A stretch of 64,000 nucleotides of DNA, from positions 192,001 through 256,000 of the forward strand of contig JBGAJQ010000001.1 in assembly GCA_044224875.1 (NCBI GenBank). The letters run 5' to 3'. Made by a program: the position numbers and the translations under genes. This DNA is from Gemmatimonadaceae bacterium (GTDB lineage: Bacteria; Gemmatimonadota; Gemmatimonadetes; Gemmatimonadales; Gemmatimonadaceae). The notes under the pieces are model-generated. The model worked only from the letters and a program-made list of their open reading frames with translations, was not told the DNA's origin and made no database searches. Shown piece after piece: positions 60,000 through 64,000 of the stretch (positions within the stretch are counted from its first letter, which is position 1; every line of letters starts with the position of its first letter).

Positions 60000-60587
60000 C
60001 TACGCGGATTCTTGAGACTGAAGTTCGGCCAAGGCATCGGTGTTCACGTGGCGCATGTTGAAGACGAGTTGCGTAAGGTCCATCAGGATGTCAAGCAACG
60101 CATCCAGCAGTGTTACATCCAAGGCGGGATTTGTAGACCACGTGTCTGCGGTCGTAACAAGCTCAAGATCGTTGGAGTGAAACATTCCCCCATACAGCGC
60201 GACATCAAGCACGTGCTTTCGCGTCACAACGTCGTTGTTCATGACGATATGGCTGCGTGATGAAAGGTAGCCGTTTACCTGTGCAACAATTGCGGCCGCG
60301 CGCTCCTTAACCTGCTGTGATACGGCAAGATCTGAGTAAAGGGCTTCGATCTGCGTGAACGAAATCAGGTCCCTTTGAAGTACAAATTGACGAAGGGTTA
60401 CCAAGTACGCCTGCAGCTCCTCAAGGTGCGGCATGTCGTGCTCAACTGAGTATCCGTGTCCCTTTCTCCACGTCACCCGATGGCTGCCCTTCCCAGCGCG
60501 CATTGAATCAGTAAAGCGCTTCGCATTCAACTCAGTCGCCTTCGCGTTGAACAGCTGGAGGATTCGAATTGCTTCGTTCGAGGGCAT
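60000..60587 (-). CDS. Hypothetical helical protein, integron-type cassette gene
   Basis: 195-aa ORF preceded by tccGTTACGC half-site (60598-60604) and followed by attC. Confidence 0.75.
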   Translation of the reverse strand: MPSNEAIRILQLFNAKATELNAKRFTDSMRAGKGSHRVTWRKGHGYSVEHDMPHLEELQAYLVTLRQFVLQRDLISFTQIEALYSDLAVSQQVKERAAAIVAQVNGYLSSRSHIVMNNDVVTRKHVLDVALYGGMFHSNDLELVTTADTWSTNPALDVTLLDALLDILMDLTQLVFNMRHVNTDALAELQSQESA

Positions 60588-60726
60588 AGTGAAGGCCGCG
60601 TAACGGACTCTAGAAAGGTCATGCTATACAGTTCTTTACCCGGACCTTAGTAACTCCAAGCACTTAGTCATACCTGACTTGAGCGCCACCGACCCGTTCC
60701 CAAATCTGTCGCGGTTAGGTGGCGGT

Positions 60727-63700
60727 TCAAATATCGGACGTTGAGCGACGTCTACGGGTGGCGAGCCACGTATCGAGCTCAACGCGCTTGTAAACGACCT
60801 GACGGCCGATCTTGAAGTAGGGCGGGGACGTACCTGCCCATCGAAGCTTGGCCAACGTCTGCTGAGCGATTCCCAGGTATTCCGCTGCGTCGCGCGCGAT
60901 GAGTACATGCCTCGTGTCCTCAGTCACTTCCTGCTCGTCGGCGTTAGGTCGCGCCTGGACCTGTCGACTGCGTGGCGCATCCTCCTTGACCTTTAACCGA
61001 CCGGTCGACCTCGAGGACGTCTGCGGCTGCTTCTGCTCCAGCGATTCCAGAAACTGCGGAAAGTCTGTAGGGGTGAAGCACTCCACGTTGTGATCGGCCA
61101 GACCACGAATCGCCTCGCGCGCTGCAGCAACTGTAGTCGAGTCCAGGCAGACCAAAACCACATGATCAAAACCAGCCGCTAGACACTTCGTCAGGTTGTT
61201 GATCTCGTGATCAAGCCGAGTGCTCACCGAGATCTCGCACGCAACCGATACGTCGTCGCGCTCCAACGCGACATCGACGTGACCATGACCGTCCAACACG
61301 CGCTTCTCAATCGTTACAGTGAAGCCTCGGTCCTCAGAAAAGCGCTTAATCAGGGACTGTAGATACTTGTGTTCCGGTCCGCCTCTGCCTGGCATCGAGC
61401 CGGCGGCAGGCAACGCAACCTCCGGAGATCGTTCAGCGCGTCTTGTTCTCTCTCGAGGCGGAGCGGCGGGCTCGGAGGGTCCATCATTGAAATCGGAAGT
61501 TAGTAACGCTTCAACGTCAGAGCGCATCGACGCATAACGCGCGCGGGAAGCAGAGATCACTGCATCGCGTTGCGCCGCAGCAATCGACGGATCGATTGCG
61601 GCTACCTGATGAGTGCGAAGATTGAAGTCGAACTCCGGTCGCTCGATTCTCGCGATCGCTTCTCCTACTCCGAGGTTCTGAAGGTCAGCCGCCTTGAAGA
61701 ACGAAAAACCATCAGCAAGAACCCGTGCATCCTGATCGCCGACCCGAAACACCACACGCGTTGAAGCATTGGCGAGCACCGCGGACGCAACATCCTCACT
61801 CTGACGCTTGAGCTGTCGCATGTCCTGATGCGCGAGCGTTAGCCCGAGCCCGTACTTTCGCGCTCCCGAGAGAATCGCAGCCATCGACGGCGTGACGAAA
61901 TGGTGGAACTCGTCGATGTACAGAAAGAACGGAACCCGCGATTCAGCAGGCTCGTTCTGTCTGCTCATCGCCGCTTGCGCCATTTTCGCCACGAGGAGAG
62001 AACCGAGGAGGTGAGAGTTCTCTTCACCTATGGCTCCCTGTGCAAGTTTGGCGAGAAGGATTCCGCGACCGTCCATGACGCGCCGCATGTTGATACGGTC
62101 GTCCTTCTGCGCGACCATGTACCGCAGAAGCTTGGGTCGCAAAAACGTGTTCAACCGAGTCAGCAACGGCGCTTGCGGCACTCCCTTGAGAAGCGTGAAC
62201 TCACGCTGCCAGTAGCTGACGATCTCGCGATCGCGGACAGTGGTGAGGTACCGATTTCGAAATGTCTGATCGACGAGGAATCGCCGTAGATCAACAAGCG
62301 TTCCCCCTTCCGAGCTTTCCAGAATTGCGCCAATAGCATTTCCAAGAACGGTGACCATCTGGTCGCCGAAGCTCGTCGATAAGCGTCGAAAAACGGCGAC
62401 GAGATCGGAAGCCAGCAGACTTCGTTCCAATTCCGAGTGTGCCTGGAGGATGTTGAAGCCAACCGGGTATTCCTCGTCTGCTGGGTCGAAGACAATGACA
62501 TCGTTTGATCGATGCGATGGAATTCGCGCCAACACTTCATCGATCAGGTCACCGTGTGGATCGAGCACCGCGAAACCGGCACCGGACGCGATGTCCTGGG
62601 CTATCATCGATAAGAGGAGTGTGCTTTTGCCAGTACCCGACGCGCCAATGAGGTAGCTGTGCCGTAGCCGGTCCTGTAGCGTCAGTCCAACCTGCTGCTC
62701 GTCACCGTTTTGCTCGTTTGTACCCAGCACAAGCGGCGCATTCACCGACGTCGCAGGTGCGGGCTTCGTCCGGGCACTGAGGCGAATCAAACGATCGGAT
62801 TGCACGGCATCCGACGGCACATGAACAAGATTCGCCAGATCCGACAGAGAGAGAATCATGCCTGTGCGGCGACTTGTGCGACTGACGATGCTATCAACGA
62901 GCGTATCGATGGATCCAGCTGGAAGCACCGTCAACTGATTGAGGTTCTTACTACCGCAGCTCGTAATTGCAGTTGCGATGCGGAACAAACCTTCCCTCAC
63001 GGTAGCCGACTCTGACGCACAAATGGCGAACCGAATTGCAGCAGCGAAAAGAGGCTCGCTGCATTTCTCCTTGCCGAGACTGGTGATCTCGGGAGCATCC
63101 ATGAAGAAAGGATCGCCTTCCGGTGTCGTGAGCGCACGGATGGCGTGATCGCCCCACGGCGACCGAATTGATTCAAAGAGAATCTGAACGATTGCGACTG
63201 TTTCATCGCCGAGTCCACCCAGTGCGCTTATGAGTGGCACGTACAAGTCCGTGCGCGCATTCGGTTCAGGCAGAGGCAGCATGAATTCGCGCGCAAGGGC
63301 GAACTCCATTGCGCCAACCATCTCACCGGGTGCGTCATCCCAGATCGATTCAAGAGATCTGCGGCTAGGTCTAAGCAGAACACCTGGAAAGAACGCGGCC
63401 GTCTGTTCTCTGATGCGTTCCCAATCGCGCTCGGAGGCGACAATCCGCGGAGTCACTCGCCCGTTCACAGACACCAGCTCGAACGCGAGCGGAAGCCAAC
63501 TCGTGGCGACATTGCCTAACCACTGGCCGCTGGCCAGCGCGTCGGATTTCAGAGCTGCAGGCGCCAGTAGATCCAGCTCCCGCAACGACTCAGACCAGAC
63601 GAACGGCGACGGCTCAACTGCTTCCTCGATGGCCGCCGGTAACGTCTTCTCGATTCCTCCACTTGTCAGCCGTGCAATAGCCCGGGAAATCCAGGTGTGT

Positions 63701-63861
63701 TTTCGTCCATCATCAATGGACGGCAACGGCGCTTGATGCCCGGGGAAGGGTCGGAATGGCGGCTCCAGCGCGACGGCGTGTTCGTACTCGCGCCAGCCGC
63801 GTCCGGATAATTCCCAGTCGTAGAAAGCCGCTGTTCGACTCTCCACAGTGTTAGGTGCCAC
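60727..63861 (-). CDS. VirD4/TrwB/HerA-like ATPase fused to PD-(D/E)XK-like and excisionase-like HTH domains
   Basis: Walker A GASGTGKS, LDPHGDL, Walker B LYIDEFH, ARKYGLGLTLAHQ; H.YLQ...IE...VDV...ACEI; AAEYLGIAQQTLAKLRWAGTSPPYFKIGRQVVY. Confidence 0.85.
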   Translation of the reverse strand: MAPNTVESRTAAFYDWELSGRGWREYEHAVALEPPFRPFPGHQAPLPSIDDGRKHTWISRAIARLTSGGIEKTLPAAIEEAVEPSPFVWSESLRELDLLAPAALKSDALASGQWLGNVATSWLPLAFELVSVNGRVTPRIVASERDWERIREQTAAFFPGVLLRPSRRSLESIWDDAPGEMVGAMEFALAREFMLPLPEPNARTDLYVPLISALGGLGDETVAIVQILFESIRSPWGDHAIRALTTPEGDPFFMDAPEITSLGKEKCSEPLFAAAIRFAICASESATVREGLFRIATAITSCGSKNLNQLTVLPAGSIDTLVDSIVSRTSRRTGMILSLSDLANLVHVPSDAVQSDRLIRLSARTKPAPATSVNAPLVLGTNEQNGDEQQVGLTLQDRLRHSYLIGASGTGKSTLLLSMIAQDIASGAGFAVLDPHGDLIDEVLARIPSHRSNDVIVFDPADEEYPVGFNILQAHSELERSLLASDLVAVFRRLSTSFGDQMVTVLGNAIGAILESSEGGTLVDLRRFLVDQTFRNRYLTTVRDREIVSYWQREFTLLKGVPQAPLLTRLNTFLRPKLLRYMVAQKDDRINMRRVMDGRGILLAKLAQGAIGEENSHLLGSLLVAKMAQAAMSRQNEPAESRVPFFLYIDEFHHFVTPSMAAILSGARKYGLGLTLAHQDMRQLKRQSEDVASAVLANASTRVVFRVGDQDARVLADGFSFFKAADLQNLGVGEAIARIERPEFDFNLRTHQVAAIDPSIAAAQRDAVISASRARYASMRSDVEALLTSDFNDGPSEPAAPPRERTRRAERSPEVALPAAGSMPGRGGPEHKYLQSLIKRFSEDRGFTVTIEKRVLDGHGHVDVALERDDVSVACEISVSTRLDHEINNLTKCLAAGFDHVVLVCLDSTTVAAAREAIRGLADHNVECFTPTDFPQFLESLEQKQPQTSSRSTGRLKVKEDAPRSRQVQARPNADEQEVTEDTRHVLIARDAAEYLGIAQQTLAKLRWAGTSPPYFKIGRQVVYKRVELDTWLATRRRRSTSDI

Positions 63862-63873
63862 GAGGTCGCCGGG

Positions 63874-64000
63874 CTACCGAAGTAGATCCCTGATTTGCGG
63901 TCGCTCCTCGTCAGGCGACAATGCCCGAAGACCCTGAGCACTGCGCTCATTCGCGATCACTGTGCCGACGGCCCGGCTAACCGACTCCTGAAACATGATG
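63874..64000 (-). CDS. 3' end of a hypothetical CDS cut by the window edge
   Basis: Open frame ...MFQESVSRAVGTVIANERSAQGLRALSPDEERPQIRDLLR* ending 12 nt before the ATPase start. Confidence 0.45.
   Translation of the reverse strand, partial: IMFQESVSRAVGTVIANERSAQGLRALSPDEERPQIRDLLR

Larger units (their letters stand above)
53178..64000. mobile_element. Probable integrative island at tRNA-Asn, extending past the window end
   Basis: Abrupt switch after the tRNA to defence-type genes, cassettes and a coupling-protein gene; looks less GC-rich by eye; no integrase or second att copy seen. Confidence 0.7.

Noticed and set aside
60640..60672. AT-rich CTTAGTAACTCCAAGCACTTAG segment as an attI or integrase arm site
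   Set aside because: Suggestive position upstream of the first cassette, but too short and unpaired to support a call.
1..64000. CRISPR array, cas genes, rRNA, IS transposase, integron integrase
   Set aside because: No regularly spaced direct repeats or matching protein motifs were seen.

Overview
A GC-rich bacterial window whose gene content and style suggest Gemmatimonadota (inference only). From left to right it holds: (1) 1-12.5 kb, a glycan/general-stress and two-component region (GT4, glycogen-debranching enzyme, PAS/GAF hybrid kinase, three response regulators, small stress proteins, sorbosone dehydrogenase, DUF4142). (2) 12.6-20.7 kb, a seven-gene, fully overlap-coupled minus-strand operon of unknown function: two cobalamin-binding radical SAM enzymes, two GNAT-like proteins, a GH3-family adenylating ligase and an ABC permease/ATPase. 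(3) 20.9-53 kb, backbone genes (S8 peptidase, ettA, PP2C, AlkZ-like protein, an ECF sigma/FecR/TonB-receptor module with a shared promoter-like motif, aminotransferase, DUF5916, MacAB-TolC-like exporter, TlpA, ProX, MarR, YceI, msrA). This part has three probable assembly or rearrangement scars: a head-to-head junction of two 5'-truncated genes near 29.2 kb, a frameshift near 38.97 kb, and a diverged ~1.45 kb tandem duplication at 40.9-43.8 kb. (4) From tRNA-Asn (53105-53177) to the window end, a probable integrative island. It carries a catalytically inactive RsAgo-like long-B Argonaute next to a DpnII/MboI-type nuclease, an orphan RES protein, integron-type cassettes bounded by attC-like sites with no integrase in view, and a VirD4-like ATPase fused to a nuclease-like and an excisionase-like domain. 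All family calls come from motifs read by eye; no database search was run.
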